Source of the DNA: Methanobacteriota archaeon
GTDB lineage: Archaea; Methanobacteriota; Methanobacteria; Methanobacteriales; Methanobacteriaceae
Length of the DNA stretch: 64,000 bases
Assembly: GCA_963787255.1 (NCBI GenBank)
Contig: CAWBCJ010000010.1
Coordinates: forward strand, 32,001 to 96,000
Reading direction: 5' to 3'
A program made the translations under genes and the position numbers. The notes beneath the pieces were generated by a model, which did no database searches, was not told the origin of the DNA, and saw only the letters and a program-made list of their open reading frames with translations. Below, in pieces: positions 33,557 through 45,053 of this stretch (its first letter is position 1; each line of letters opens with the position of its first letter).

Positions 33557-33865
33557 TTAGGTATTTTTCTTTCCATTTTTCTTTTTTAGAAATGCACCAA
33601 GACCGTATGCAATTCCAAGAACCAGTAAAGTTCCAAGAATCAAAGCTATCACACCGCCTAATGGATTTTCTTCACCTAACGCGGGAATGGTGTAGTCTGA
33701 AAATGGTGACTCAAATGCAGGTTCTGTTTCTGGATTTTGCATCACTTTTTGAGCTGTACTGTCTAAACCGTCAGGATTTGAAGAAGCTAAAAAGGGTGCG
33801 AGAATAGCGATTGCTAAAGCAATTGTTATTCCACCTAATAAAAGTTTTTTGTTTTTAGGGTTCAT
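33557..33865 (-). CDS. PDGLE-domain Ni/Co ECF accessory subunit (NikN-like)
   Basis: [14 protein letters not shown], two TM helices. Confidence 0.85.
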   Translation of the reverse strand: MNPKNKKLLLGGITIALAIAILAPFLASSNPDGLDSTAQKVMQNPETEPAFESPFSDYTIPALGEENPLGGVIALILGTLLVLGIAYGLGAFLKKKNGKKNT

Positions 33866-34506
33866 TTTGATGGCACCTCTTTTGTTTTGTCTTCTAGTGA
33901 GAATAAATCGGGTCTCACATTTTGTATTGCTAAAACTACAACTAATGTTATTGCTCCTTCAATAAGTCCAATGATTGCATGGAAACCTCCCATGTACAAA
34001 AGGCCTAAATCTAGTGGGAAAGAGCCTGCAATTGCAAGTTCAAATGCAGCAACAATTGAAGCTACAAATATGGATGCCCATGCTCCAACGAATACTGCGG
34101 TTTTTTTCCAGTGACCTTTTAGTGCTTTAAAGGTGTAGAATCCTACAAATCCGCCTACAACTCCCATATTAAAAATATTAACGCCTAAAGCGGTCATTCC
34201 GCCGTCTCCAAATAACAATCCTTGGAGTACTAATACTATTGATAATACCAAAACTGCTGCCCATGGACTGCCGAATATAATGGCCACTAAAGCTGCTCCC
34301 ATCATGTGTCCGCTTGTTCCGAATGGAATAGGGATATTCATGGCTTGTATGGCGAAAATACCGGCAGATATTACTGCTAACAATGGAATGGCTCTTTCAT
34401 CAAGATTATTTCTTGCCCATCTAAGTGCTAAGATCAAAGCTATAAAAGATATGGCGTAATAAATTAACCATTGTGGAAATGGAATTAAACCATCGGGTAT
34501 ATGCAT
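33862..34506 (-). CDS. cbiM: ECF substrate component CbiM/NikM
   Basis: N-terminal [20 protein letters not shown]. Confidence 0.92.
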   Translation of the reverse strand: MHIPDGLIPFPQWLIYYAISFIALILALRWARNNLDERAIPLLAVISAGIFAIQAMNIPIPFGTSGHMMGAALVAIIFGSPWAAVLVLSIVLVLQGLLFGDGGMTALGVNIFNMGVVGGFVGFYTFKALKGHWKKTAVFVGAWASIFVASIVAAFELAIAGSFPLDLGLLYMGGFHAIIGLIEGAITLVVVLAIQNVRPDLFSLEDKTKEVPSK

Positions 34507-34550
34507 TTTTTAAATCCTCCTTTATTTCTACAAAAAAAGTTCTATTTTTT

Positions 34551-34578
34551 ATAATATAAACCTTTTCGTAAGTATTAC
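34551..34578. promoter_or_regulatory. Possible NikR-type operator overlapping the cbiM/nikM promoter
   Basis: ATAATA-N16-TATTAC, an imperfect 28-bp inverted repeat overlapping the minus-strand AAAAGG-TTTATATT BRE/TATA. Confidence 0.35.
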
Positions 34579-34812
34579 TTTAGGTCTGATTTTTTTAAAA
34601 ATTGTAATAAAAAAGTAATATTAAAGGCGGGTTTTCATTGGAAATTGTAATAAGTCCTCCGTGAAATAGATGCATAAACAGGAGGGTGATTTAATGTGAA
34701 TAAAGTTCATTATTACAAATCCCTTTTTTTTGGAATTTTTATAATAAAGTATATATAATTTAATATCTACAGTTAAAATATCATTATAAATCATTAATAA
34801 TTGGTGATAACT

Positions 34813-37167
34813 GTGGCACACAGACCTAAACCTAAAGAATTTAAAGATGATTTCTGGAAATCAAAAAAAATAAACGTCTCAATCGGAGATATAGTTGAAA
34901 CAAAAGTAACAGAAGAAGTCCCTGAAACAATGGGCCCAACTCCAAAGCCTAATATAACTGATCTACGATCATGGGACATGAAATTATTAGAAAAATATGA
35001 ACCTTTCTATGCACCATTTTGTGATATGTGCTGTTTATGCACCTATGGAAAATGTGATCTAACGGCCGGCAAAAAAGGAGCCTGTGGTATCGATATACAA
35101 GCTCAACAGGCTAGAATTGTACTTTTAGCTTGTTGTATAGGGTCAGCAGCCCACTCAGGACACGCAAGACACCTTTTAGACTACCTTATAGGCAAAAAAG
35201 GTATAGATTTCCCTGTAGATCTTGGAATGAATATAGAAATTGAAGCTCCAATCATGAGAGTACTTCTCGGAAAAAAACCTAAAACATTAGGTGATTTAAG
35301 AGAAGCGCTTGATTATCTTGAAGAGCAAATGGTACACCTTTTATCAGCATGCCATACTGGACAGGAAGGAAGCAGTATTGATTTTGAATCAAAAGCACTT
35401 CACGCAGGTTTAATGGATAATCTTGGAAAGGAAATAGGGGATATTGCACAAATCGTAGCCCTTAACATGCCCAAAGGCGAAGATGCACCTCTTGTAGAGC
35501 TTGGAATGGGTACAATTGATCGGGAAAAGCCAGTTGTACTTTGTATAGGGCACAATGTCGCTCCAGGAGCAGGAATTATAGATTATCTTGAAGATAAAGA
35601 ACTTGAAGATAATGTAGAAGTATGTGGTATATGCTGTGCAGCATTAGACATAACCAGATACAACAAAAGTGCAAAAGTTGTTGGACCCATCTCAAAACAG
35701 CTCAAATTCGTAAGAAGTGGAGTTGCAGACGTTGTAGTTGTTGACGAGCAGTGCGTAAGGACAGATATCCTTGAAGAAGCTAGAAAGAACAAGGCAGCTG
35801 TAATTGCAACAACAGATAAAATATGTCTCGGACTTCCGGACATGACCAACGAAGATGCAGATAAAATCGTCAAACAACTTGTAAATGATGAAATTGAAGG
35901 AGCATTAATCCTTGATCCGGATAAAGTAGGTGAAGTAGCCACACGTGTTGCAATGCAAATAGCAAAAGACCGTGAAGCTCTAAAATTACTACCTGACCTT
36001 GATGAAATTACTGAAATGGCCAAAGAATGTACTGAATGCGGATGGTGTCAAAGAGTATGTCCAAACAGCCAGCCAATGATGGACGCAGTTATGGATGCAA
36101 GTAAAGGTGACTTTTCCAAATTCATAGACTTATACGAAAACGATGTTTGTTACACATGCGGCAGATGTGAACAGGAATGTGAAAGAGACCTCCCATTAAT
36201 TTCCATGCTCACTAAAGTAGGGGAACACTACGTCAAAGATGAAAAATACAATGTCAGGGCAGGTAGAGGGCCTGTTCAAGATGTTGAAATAAGACGTGTA
36301 GGTGCACCGATCGTATTAGGTGATATTCCGGGAGTTATAGCATTTGTTGGATGTACAAACTACCCTGAAGGCGGAGAAGATGTCGCAAAAATGGCAGAAG
36401 AATTCCTTGAAAGAAACTACATTGTAGTAACCAGCGGATGCGGAGCTATGACCATAGGGGAATACCGGGATGAAGAAGGAAGAACCCTGTATGAAAGATA
36501 CAGCGGTGATTTCGACGCGAAAGGCCTTGTAAATGTCGGTTCATGTGTTTCAAATGCCCATATACCGGGTGCATGCATTAAAATAGCTAACATCTTCGCC
36601 AAAAAGCCTCTTGAAGGAAACTTCGAAGAAATAGCTGATTACATTTTAAACCGGGTTGGAGCATGTGGTGTAGCATGGGGAGCCTACTCTCAAAAAGCTG
36701 CAGCAATTGCAACAGGTGTAAACAGGTGGGGAATACCAGTTGTTGTAGGTCCACATGGAACTAAATACCGGCGTCTGTTCCTTGGAAGAACCGATAAGAA
36801 AGAAACATGGAAATTAAATGATTTGCGTACTGGAGAAGTCATAGATGGAGAACCAGCGCCTGAACATTTATTATACGCTGCTGAAAACCGTGCAGAAGCA
36901 ACAGTCATGATTGCAAAATTATGTATTAGACCAAATGACACTTCAAAAGGAAGACAAATAAAGCTAAATCATTATTTAGACCTTCACAAAAAGTACTTCG
37001 GCACATTACCTGACGATGTTTACAGGTTTGTAAGAAACGAGAAAGATATTCCGATAACATATAAAAAAGAAGTTATGAAAATGCTTGAAGAAAAAGGATG
37101 GGAACCACGAGCACTTCCACAGGAACCATCCACAATGAAATTTAGGGAAAAAGCAGAGGGAAAATGA
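34813..37167 (+). CDS. cdhA: ACDS alpha subunit (CO dehydrogenase)
   Basis: [24 protein letters not shown], two extra 4Fe-4S motifs, GSCVSN; SD GGTGA before GTG 34813. Confidence 0.96.
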   Translation: MAHRPKPKEFKDDFWKSKKINVSIGDIVETKVTEEVPETMGPTPKPNITDLRSWDMKLLEKYEPFYAPFCDMCCLCTYGKCDLTAGKKGACGIDIQAQQARIVLLACCIGSAAHSGHARHLLDYLIGKKGIDFPVDLGMNIEIEAPIMRVLLGKKPKTLGDLREALDYLEEQMVHLLSACHTGQEGSSIDFESKALHAGLMDNLGKEIGDIAQIVALNMPKGEDAPLVELGMGTIDREKPVVLCIGHNVAPGAGIIDYLEDKELEDNVEVCGICCAALDITRYNKSAKVVGPISKQLKFVRSGVADVVVVDEQCVRTDILEEARKNKAAVIATTDKICLGLPDMTNEDADKIVKQLVNDEIEGALILDPDKVGEVATRVAMQIAKDREALKLLPDLDEITEMAKECTECGWCQRVCPNSQPMMDAVMDASKGDFSKFIDLYENDVCYTCGRCEQECERDLPLISMLTKVGEHYVKDEKYNVRAGRGPVQDVEIRRVGAPIVLGDIPGVIAFVGCTNYPEGGEDVAKMAEEFLERNYIVVTSGCGAMTIGEYRDEEGRTLYERYSGDFDAKGLVNVGSCVSNAHIPGACIKIANIFAKKPLEGNFEEIADYILNRVGACGVAWGAYSQKAAAIATGVNRWGIPVVVGPHGTKYRRLFLGRTDKKETWKLNDLRTGEVIDGEPAPEHLLYAAENRAEATVMIAKLCIRPNDTSKGRQIKLNHYLDLHKKYFGTLPDDVYRFVRNEKDIPITYKKEVMKMLEEKGWEPRALPQEPSTMKFREKAEGK

Positions 37168-37188
37168 TTGCAAAAAAAAGGTGATTAA

Positions 37189-37698
37189 ATGAATGAAAGG
37201 GTAATCCCATGGCAACCAACGGTTATAGCAGGGCCGAAACAAGCATTGCTTGTAACTCCAGAAACAGCGGAAATGATGCTTCAAAAGGCAAAACGACCTT
37301 TAATGGTGATAGGGCCGCTTATTAACGACAGCCCCGTACAGACGCTTGCTACACAAATTGCTGAAAAATGGAATATTCCAATTGTAAGCACTGGAGACGC
37401 GTTTAAATCTCTTAATGAAGCAGGTGTTTCAAGTAAATCTTATGGAGTAGTTGAAATTGTTAATCTTCTTAAAGATCAAGACTGGAAAGGAATAAATGGG
37501 GAAGGAAATCACGATTTAGTCATATTCATAGGTGTAATTTATTATATAGGATCACAGGGACTTTCAACCTTGAAACACTTTGCACCTCACCTAAAGACTC
37601 TAACAATCTGTAAATTTTTCCATTCCAATGCAGATGCATCATTCCCTAATATGAAAGATGAAGAATGGCTTAAATACCTTAAAAAATTAACGGAATAA
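37189..37698 (+). CDS. cdhB: ACDS epsilon subunit
   Basis: [30 protein letters not shown]. Confidence 0.94.
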   Translation: MNERVIPWQPTVIAGPKQALLVTPETAEMMLQKAKRPLMVIGPLINDSPVQTLATQIAEKWNIPIVSTGDAFKSLNEAGVSSKSYGVVEIVNLLKDQDWKGINGEGNHDLVIFIGVIYYIGSQGLSTLKHFAPHLKTLTICKFFHSNADASFPNMKDEEWLKYLKKLTE

Positions 37699-37756
37699 GT
37701 TTTTTTGTTTAAAAATAATGAAAATCAAATAGATTCATAATCATGGAGGAAATTCA

Positions 37757-39145
37757 ATGTTTGAGGATATACCTGTTGATGTTAGTCCAATGTATGAAGG
37801 GGAACGTATAAGATCGGCGAACATGTTCGTTGAACTTGCAGGTCCAAAATCTTCCGGTGCAGAACTCGTTCAAGTAGCAGAAGACGTTGAAGACGGAGCA
37901 TTAGAAGTAGTAGGACCAGAGCTATCTGAAATGACCGAAGGAGAAATTTATCCCTTTGGAATATCAGTGAAAATTCAAGGAGAAAAACTGGAAAAAGAGC
38001 TTGAAGGAGTTATAGAACGGAGGATACATGAACTCTGTAACTATGTAAAGGGATTCATGCACTTAAACCAAAGAGATCAAATCTGGTGTCGTGTAAGTAA
38101 AGAAGCCTTTGAAGCAGGTTTTAAGCTTGAACACCTTGCAAAGGCGCTTTCAATTCTTCTTAAAGAAGAGTTCCCAATAATAGAAAAGATATCTGTAAGT
38201 GTATTTACAGAAGTAACCGAAGTAGAAGCATTCATTGAAACAGCAAGAGCAACATATGAAGTTCGTGATGCAAGAGCAAGAGAACTAAGCGACGAAGATG
38301 TCGACGTATTCTACGGCTGCGTAATGTGCCAATCATTTGCACCAAGCCACGTATGTGTTGTTACACCAGACAGAACCGCATTATGTGGGGCTATAAACTG
38401 GTTTGACTGCAGGGCAGCAGCTAAAATGGATCCTGAGGGACCAATATTTGAAATAACAAAAGGTGAAGTTTTAGATGATGTTAAAGGTGAATACAGCGAT
38501 GTAAACACCATGGTATCTGAAAAATCACAGGGTATGACAGACAGAGTTTACTTACACAGTGTATTTGAATATCCACACACATCATGCGGATGTTTTGAAG
38601 CTGTAGCGTTTTATATACCTGAACTTGACGGAATTGGAATTGTAGACCGTGACTTTAGAGGGGAAACACCACTTGGAATACCATTTTCGGCTATGGCCGG
38701 CCAATGTTCTGGTGGAAAGCAGGTTGAAGGATTTACAGGACTAAGTCTTGAATACATGCGGTCACCTAAATTTTTACAGGCAGACGGCGGATATGAACGG
38801 ATTATATGGATGCCTAAAGAAATTAAAGATTCGCTTACTGAATTTATCCCTGAAGAGTTAATTGAAAAGATTCCAACCGAAGAAGATGCGGGAAGCATTA
38901 AAGAAATCAGGAGATTCCTGAGAGAAAACGAACACCCAATAATGGAAAGATTAAAACAAGCTAAAGAGGAAGTAGAAGAATCTGAAACAGTTGAAGAAGT
39001 TTCAGAGGAACCTGAAATGATGGGCACTCCTATGGCTCAAGTTGCTTATGCTCCTGAACTTTCAATGCCTGCAGGCGGCGGCGTTAAAATAATACTTAAA
39101 AATGCAAAAATCTACGCTGAAAAAGTAATAATCAAGAGAAAATAG
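37757..39145 (+). CDS. cdhC: ACDS beta subunit (acetyl-CoA synthase)
   Basis: FYGCVMCQSFAP, LCGA, PHTSCGCFE. Confidence 0.96.
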   Translation: MFEDIPVDVSPMYEGERIRSANMFVELAGPKSSGAELVQVAEDVEDGALEVVGPELSEMTEGEIYPFGISVKIQGEKLEKELEGVIERRIHELCNYVKGFMHLNQRDQIWCRVSKEAFEAGFKLEHLAKALSILLKEEFPIIEKISVSVFTEVTEVEAFIETARATYEVRDARARELSDEDVDVFYGCVMCQSFAPSHVCVVTPDRTALCGAINWFDCRAAAKMDPEGPIFEITKGEVLDDVKGEYSDVNTMVSEKSQGMTDRVYLHSVFEYPHTSCGCFEAVAFYIPELDGIGIVDRDFRGETPLGIPFSAMAGQCSGGKQVEGFTGLSLEYMRSPKFLQADGGYERIIWMPKEIKDSLTEFIPEELIEKIPTEEDAGSIKEIRRFLRENEHPIMERLKQAKEEVEESETVEEVSEEPEMMGTPMAQVAYAPELSMPAGGGVKIILKNAKIYAEKVIIKRK

Positions 39146-39173
39146 ATTAAATTTTTAATAAAGGGGTAAATTA

Positions 39174-39929
39174 GTGATAATAGCAGTAAGTGGAAAGGGA
39201 GGAACAGGTAAAACACTTACATCCTCTCTTTTAATCAAATCTTTAACTGGTAGTGGCAAAGATATACTTGCAATAGATGCAGACCCAGATTCTAACCTGC
39301 CAGAAGCTCTAGGAATAGAAGTAGAGCGCACAGTCGGCGATGTTAGAGAAGAACTTAAAAAAGACACTGCAGCAGGCAATATTCCATCGAGTTCTAACAA
39401 ATGGGACATACTCGATTATAAAATCATGGAATCAGTAATTGAAACTCCAGAATTTGATCTTCTTGTAATGGGAAGACCTGAAGGAAGCGGCTGTTACTGT
39501 GCTGTAAATAACATGCTTCGAAAAATCATCGAAACACTTTCATCAAACTACGATATAATAGTGATTGACACCGAAGCAGGTCTTGAACATCTAAGCAGAA
39601 GAACAACTCAAAATGTTGATATAATGCTTGTAGTGACAGACACATCAAAAAGAGGAATTTTAACAGCGCAAAGAATCGGTGAATTATCAAAAGAACTTGA
39701 CATAAGTTTTAAAGAACTTCATCTAATTGTAAACCGTGTTAAACCAGAAAAAGAAGATGAAGTGCTTAAAAAAGTAAATGAAACAGGACTAAATGTTATT
39801 GGAACAATATATGAAGATGAAATCGTTTCTGAATATGACTTAGAAGGAAAACCATTGATTGATCTTCCTGAAAATTCCAATGCAAATATTGCTATATCAA
39901 AAATAATGGATAATTTAAACTTAAAATAG
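39174..39929 (+). CDS. cooC: CooC/AcsF nickel-insertion ATPase
   Basis: SGKGGTGKT, DADPD, GCYC, DTEAGLEHLSR. Confidence 0.93.
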   Translation: MIIAVSGKGGTGKTLTSSLLIKSLTGSGKDILAIDADPDSNLPEALGIEVERTVGDVREELKKDTAAGNIPSSSNKWDILDYKIMESVIETPEFDLLVMGRPEGSGCYCAVNNMLRKIIETLSSNYDIIVIDTEAGLEHLSRRTTQNVDIMLVVTDTSKRGILTAQRIGELSKELDISFKELHLIVNRVKPEKEDEVLKKVNETGLNVIGTIYEDEIVSEYDLEGKPLIDLPENSNANIAISKIMDNLNLK

Positions 39930-39950
39930 ATTTAGAAAGGATGTGGGTTA

Positions 39951-41114
39951 ATGGATAAAATGACACAACTTCTTAAACTGCTTGAAAATACAGATACTAT
40001 AGAATTAAATGAGTTCAGGATGGATTTTGAACAACTTGAACTCAATATGATGCCTGCAATCCAGCAAGTTGTTCAACAGGCTCAAAAGCAAGCTCAACAA
40101 GCTGAAATTGTTAGAGAAGCAATACTGGCTGAAGAATTCAAACCGCCAATTCACGACTATCCTGGCGAGATAGCAGAGGTTCAGCTTGGAGCGGGTACAA
40201 GAAAACCAGTATTCTTAGGTGGACAAAAAGCATTATACCGCTTTGAAGATCCGCAGCCAAATCCTCCAGTTGTAACTTTCGATGTTTTCGATATTCCAAT
40301 GCCAGGATTACCAAGACCAATAAGAGAACACTTTGAAGATGTAATGGAACACCCTGGAGACTGGGCTAAAAAAGCAGTCAAAGACTTCGGAGCAAACATG
40401 GTCACAATACACCTTATCGGTACAGGTCCAAAGGTCATGGATAAAACTCCAAGACAGGCAGCAGAAGATATAGAAGAAGTATTACAGGCTGTAGACGTAC
40501 CTTTAGTAATAGGTGGTTCAGGAGACCCTCAAAAGGATCCAATAGTGCTTGAAGCAGCAGCTGCAGCTGCAGAAGATGAAAGATGTCTTCTAGCATCAGC
40601 AAACCTTGACCTTGACTATAGAAAAGTTGCAAAAGCAGCAGTAGATTACAATCACGCGGTTCTTTCATGGGCAATAACTGATATTAACATGCAGAAAACA
40701 CTTAACAAGTACCTCATGAAGGAAGGATTAACTCAAAATGACATTGTAATGGACCCGACAACATGTGCGCTTGGTTATGGTATTGAATTTTCAATAGACG
40801 TTATAACCAGAACAAGACTCGCTGCACTTAAGGGAGATACAGATTTACAAATGCCCATGTCTTCAGGAACAACCAATGCATGGGGTTCACGTGAAGCATG
40901 GATGAAAAAAGAAGAATGGGGACCAACAGATTACAGAGGTCCAATATGGGAAATTATAACTGGATTGACCATGATGCTTTGCGGTGTCGATATTTTCATG
41001 ATGCTCCACCCGCAATCAGTAAAAATGCTTAGAGAAATTGGAGAAACATTTACAAAAGAATATATGACCACAGAAGTTCCTGATATCTCAAACTGGGTCA
41101 CTCAACTGGAATAA
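39951..41114 (+). CDS. cdhD: ACDS delta subunit
   Basis: IGGSGDPQKD, MDPTTCALGYG, AWGSREAW, MMLHP. Confidence 0.95.
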   Translation: MDKMTQLLKLLENTDTIELNEFRMDFEQLELNMMPAIQQVVQQAQKQAQQAEIVREAILAEEFKPPIHDYPGEIAEVQLGAGTRKPVFLGGQKALYRFEDPQPNPPVVTFDVFDIPMPGLPRPIREHFEDVMEHPGDWAKKAVKDFGANMVTIHLIGTGPKVMDKTPRQAAEDIEEVLQAVDVPLVIGGSGDPQKDPIVLEAAAAAAEDERCLLASANLDLDYRKVAKAAVDYNHAVLSWAITDINMQKTLNKYLMKEGLTQNDIVMDPTTCALGYGIEFSIDVITRTRLAALKGDTDLQMPMSSGTTNAWGSREAWMKKEEWGPTDYRGPIWEIITGLTMMLCGVDIFMMLHPQSVKMLREIGETFTKEYMTTEVPDISNWVTQLE

Positions 41115-41139
41115 ATGGAGAATAAGGAGGTTAAAAAAA

Positions 41140-42513
41140 ATGGCCGTTACAGCAATGGATATTTACAGACTACTTCCAAAAACTAACTGTGCAAAATGTG
41201 GAGAGGCTTCGTGCATGGCATTTGCAACAAAACTCTCAGAAAAGGAAATGGACCTTGAATTATGCACACAGCTTGCAGCAGACGAATTTGATAAGCTTGC
41301 AGATTTACTTGCTCCTGCTGTTAAGGAAATAACAATTGGTAAAGGCGAAAAAGCCATGATAGTTGGTGGAGATGAAGTCCTTTACAGATACGAATTAACT
41401 TATTATAATCAAACACCTCTTGTAATTGATATAAGCGACGATATGGACGACGCAGCATTCGATGAGAGGGTTAAAAAAATAGAAGACACTCAATTTGAAA
41501 GAACAGGAGAATTACTAACACTTGATGCTATAGCTCTCAGAAATAAGTCTGGAGATGCTGCAAAATTTAAAGAAGCAGCAGAAAAACTTAAAAATTCCAG
41601 TCTAGCATTAGTATTATGTTCTTTCGATCCTGAAGCAATGAAAGCAGCCCTTGAAGCTGTTGGAGATGAACGTCCATTAATTTATGGTGCAACAGAAAAC
41701 AATATTGAACAAATGGCAGCATTAGCACTTGAATACGATTGTCCAATAGCACTCTTTGTACCAAACGACCTTGAAAAAATGAAGGAATTTTCAAGGACAT
41801 TGAGGTCTAAAGGAATAACTGACATTATCCTTGATCCAGGTACATATGTAGGTGCAGGAATCGGAGATACTTTAGATGATTTCGTCATGATAAGAAGGCT
41901 TGCAATTGAAGAACGGGATGAAGACTTCAGATTCCCAATATTGGGTGTTCCAGCACTCACATGGCTTACAAGTGAAGAAGATGAAGTTAATACCGCAATA
42001 CAAGAAGCCACAATCGCCGCAACACTCATAAACAAATATGCCGATATGATGATAATTCACGGAACCGAAATATGGGAGTTAATACCTGTTCTAACATTAA
42101 GACAGAGTATTTTCACCGATCCAAGAAAACCTCAAGCAGTAGATGCAGGATTATATGAGTTTGGTGAGGTAAATGAGAATTCACCTGTAGCTTTAACAAC
42201 CAACTTTGCACTTACATATTACACTGTAGAAGGAGATTTAAAGTCAGGAAAAGCAAACTGCTACCTATTAGTACTGGATACAGGAGGTAGAGCTGTGGAT
42301 GTGTCAGTAGCCGGTGGACAGTTTACTGGTAAATCTGTTGCGGATTTATTAAAAGAATGTGAAATTGATGATAAAATAAAAACCAGAAAGATGGTAGTAC
42401 CTGGTCTCGGCGCTCCTTTAAGTGGTGAAATTGAGGACGATACGGGATGGGAAGTTGTTGTAGGACCAAGAGATTCATCTGCACTTTCAGATTTCCTTAA
42501 AGAGAAAGTATAA
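41140..42513 (+). CDS. cdhE: ACDS gamma subunit (corrinoid Fe-S)
   Basis: LPKTNCAKCGEASCMAFA, TDPRKP, TTNFALTY, VGPRDS. Confidence 0.95.
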   Translation: MAVTAMDIYRLLPKTNCAKCGEASCMAFATKLSEKEMDLELCTQLAADEFDKLADLLAPAVKEITIGKGEKAMIVGGDEVLYRYELTYYNQTPLVIDISDDMDDAAFDERVKKIEDTQFERTGELLTLDAIALRNKSGDAAKFKEAAEKLKNSSLALVLCSFDPEAMKAALEAVGDERPLIYGATENNIEQMAALALEYDCPIALFVPNDLEKMKEFSRTLRSKGITDIILDPGTYVGAGIGDTLDDFVMIRRLAIEERDEDFRFPILGVPALTWLTSEEDEVNTAIQEATIAATLINKYADMMIIHGTEIWELIPVLTLRQSIFTDPRKPQAVDAGLYEFGEVNENSPVALTTNFALTYYTVEGDLKSGKANCYLLVLDTGGRAVDVSVAGGQFTGKSVADLLKECEIDDKIKTRKMVVPGLGAPLSGEIEDDTGWEVVVGPRDSSALSDFLKEKV

Positions 42514-42532
42514 CTAAAGAAGGGATAAAACT

Positions 42533-43000
42533 ATGAAAACATTGATGGTAGTAGATCCACGAATGTGCTCAGAATGTAAGGACTGCATTACAGCATGCAA
42601 AAAAGAGCATGGGACAGCAAGAGCAAAAAAGAGCAGCTCTATACCCATTTTTTGCCTACAATGTCACCCGGATAAAGCACCATGTGCAAGAATATGTCCA
42701 ACAGGGGCCATAAAAGAAAAGAACGGAACTCTCAAGGTTCATGAAGATGCATGCATTCTCTGCAGGCTATGCATGATTGCATGTCCAATAGGAATCATAG
42801 CAATTGACGAAGACAAAAAATCAGCACAAAAGTGTACACTATGTATGGAAACTGATGGAATTCTACCTGCATGTGTTGAAGCATGTAAAGATAACGTCTT
42901 GAAAGTATTCTCAATTCAAGAACTTGAAGAACTTAAAAAAGACGTTTCTTTTGCTGAAATTCTTGAGGAAACCCTTAGGTCGTGCCAAGATAAGATTTAG
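42533..43000 (+). CDS. CooF-like polyferredoxin
   Basis: Four Cys clusters (CSECKDCITAC, CLQC..C..CP, CILCRLCMIACP, CTLC..CVEAC); end of the cdh operon. Confidence 0.85.
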   Translation: MKTLMVVDPRMCSECKDCITACKKEHGTARAKKSSSIPIFCLQCHPDKAPCARICPTGAIKEKNGTLKVHEDACILCRLCMIACPIGIIAIDEDKKSAQKCTLCMETDGILPACVEACKDNVLKVFSIQELEELKKDVSFAEILEETLRSCQDKI

Positions 43001-43030
43001 ATCTTATTTCTTCTTTTATTTTTTTAGAGT

Positions 43031-43552
43031 TTAAGGCTTAATTTTTTCATTGACAATTAGAATTCCCTCATTTTTTAAAATTTCTTTTTTCATCTCTGTG
43101 CCTCCATAGAATCCGCCGACACTTAAATCGGATTTCACGACTCTATGGCATGGAATAATTAGAGGTAATGGATTTTTTCCTATTGCAGTGCCTACAGCCC
43201 GATATGCCTTTGAATCAATGGCCTCTGAAATCTGTTTATATGTTTTAACTTTTCCACATGGTATTTTCATTACTTCAAGGAGCACTTTTTTTTGAAAGTC
43301 ATTTAAATCCAAGTTTAGGCTTTTATTTTCAAAAGAAATCGATTTTCCATAATAAAGCTTACAGATAGATTCTGCAAATGGTTTATAATCATCTGATAAA
43401 CTATAAGTAGCATATTCCTTTGTAATTTCATTTAATGCTTCATTTTCACTTGATTTGGGTAAAATTGTTTTTATAATCTTGCCATCTTTAACTGCAACGG
43501 CAAAATAGAGTTTTCCGTGATTATAGGTTGAAACTATGATTTCATCGCTAAT
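43031..43552 (-). CDS. ogt: Methylated-DNA-protein-cysteine methyltransferase (probable ATT start)
   Basis: YRAVG, NP..IIPCHRVV; frame open 80 codons upstream of TTG 43312 to ATT 43552 behind GGAGGG. Confidence 0.88.
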   Translation of the reverse strand: MSDEIIVSTYNHGKLYFAVAVKDGKIIKTILPKSSENEALNEITKEYATYSLSDDYKPFAESICKLYYGKSISFENKSLNLDLNDFQKKVLLEVMKIPCGKVKTYKQISEAIDSKAYRAVGTAIGKNPLPLIIPCHRVVKSDLSVGGFYGGTEMKKEILKNEGILIVNEKIKP

Positions 43553-43734
43553 GAAAATCCCTCCAAAAATAAGTTGTTCTATTATTGTTTTCTATGCTAA
43601 AAAAAGTTTATTAAAATTAATTTAAATATATTTTAGAGCTGTTAATTATTAATTCTATATCTGTTTCCTCTTCTTCAAAGGCTTCTTCTTCCCCAGCAAG
43701 CAAGAAAATTAGCCTCAAAAACCAGCTTTAATTG

Positions 43735-44883
43735 TTATATGACATCTTTTAAAAGTCTGAAAAGACTTGGAGAATCCTTTAAAAGTCCAAGTAGAGATTT
43801 AACAGTGATATTATCAAGATCTCTTCCTTTCATAAATCTTGCAAGTGCATTTAATTCTTTATCGTTGAGTTTATCAAAAACTTTTCTGTATTTAAGAGAA
43901 CTTTTCATTAAGTCACCTATCTCATCTTTCCACAGTTCTTCATATCTTTTTAAAAACTTTGAGGACGTATCACTGCTTTTAATAGCATCTGCAGCAACTA
44001 AACCTGCTATTTTCGCACAGGAAGCTGCTAAATCGATTCCACCCCCAGTTATGGGATTAACATGGCCTGCAGCATCTCCAACAACCATCAATCCATCAGT
44101 ATAAGTCTTTTTGATGTTTCCGGATACCGGTACGCCTCCCACATTAATTTCAATGATTTTTCCGCTGAACCTAGATATAAAACTATTCAAATACTCGTAT
44201 GCAGTTTTTTTAGAGCTCCTAACTCCAATTCCAACACTAGTAACGCCATTATCATTTGGAAAAATCCAGACATAACCTCCAGGGGCAATTTCGTTGCCAA
44301 AATAAAACTGCATGTAATTTGGATCGGTAGGAACGCCAACCATTTTATATTGCACACAGGAACACATGTCATTAATATTCCAAAGTGAATTAAGGCCAGC
44401 CATTCGAGCTATATTTGATTCTATTCCATCCGCAGCAATAACCACATCTGCTTCAATTTCCATGGTTTTACCAAGATGTTTTGCAATAACACCGCTAACT
44501 TTGCCGTTTCTAATAATAAGATCTTTTACAGTGGTTTTAACCATGATATCAGTACCGGCATCCGCTGATTCGATAGCAAGACTTTTGTCAAAGACCTTTC
44601 TATCTAAAATAAATCCTTTTTCACTTTTTTCTTCCATGCGAACAATAGTACCATCTGGAGAATACAATTCTGCACCATAAATCTCAGTTCTCACATAATT
44701 ATCTGAAGGCTTTATGCCAATAGTTTCAAAGGTCTTTTCTGTTGTTGCTTCGGCACATTGAAGTGGAACTCCAATTTCTTGTCGTTTTTCTATCATCAAC
44801 ACATCAAGATCATTTTTAGAAGCGAAAAGAGACGAAACTGAACCTGCAACTCGCCCCCCAACAACAATAACATCATATTTCAT
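43735..44883 (-). CDS. Digeranylgeranylglycerophospholipid reductase (GGR family)
   Basis: YDVIVVGG..AG, P.QCAE, AADG, PGGYVWIFP, VGDAAG..P.TGGGI; ATG 44883. Confidence 0.88.
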   Translation of the reverse strand: MKYDVIVVGGRVAGSVSSLFASKNDLDVLMIEKRQEIGVPLQCAEATTEKTFETIGIKPSDNYVRTEIYGAELYSPDGTIVRMEEKSEKGFILDRKVFDKSLAIESADAGTDIMVKTTVKDLIIRNGKVSGVIAKHLGKTMEIEADVVIAADGIESNIARMAGLNSLWNINDMCSCVQYKMVGVPTDPNYMQFYFGNEIAPGGYVWIFPNDNGVTSVGIGVRSSKKTAYEYLNSFISRFSGKIIEINVGGVPVSGNIKKTYTDGLMVVGDAAGHVNPITGGGIDLAASCAKIAGLVAADAIKSSDTSSKFLKRYEELWKDEIGDLMKSSLKYRKVFDKLNDKELNALARFMKGRDLDNITVKSLLGLLKDSPSLFRLLKDVI

Positions 44884-45053
44884 GTTTTTGCTCCTGTAAA
44901 TGCACCTAAGGGGCATATGATTGCACATTTCCCACAATCATCACATTTATCTTTGTTTAAAGATGCCATATTTTCTGTAAGTTCTAATGAATTATTAGGG
45001 CACACGCTGATACATGCACCGCAAGACCCACACTTTTCACTTTGGAATTCCAT
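44880..45053 (-). CDS. 2[4Fe-4S] ferredoxin, 57 aa, coupled to GGR
   Basis: Manual translation CGSCGACISVCP..CDDCGKCAIICP; ATGA overlap with the GGR start. Confidence 0.9.
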   Translation of the reverse strand: MEFQSEKCGSCGACISVCPNNSLELTENMASLNKDKCDDCGKCAIICPLGAFTGAKT

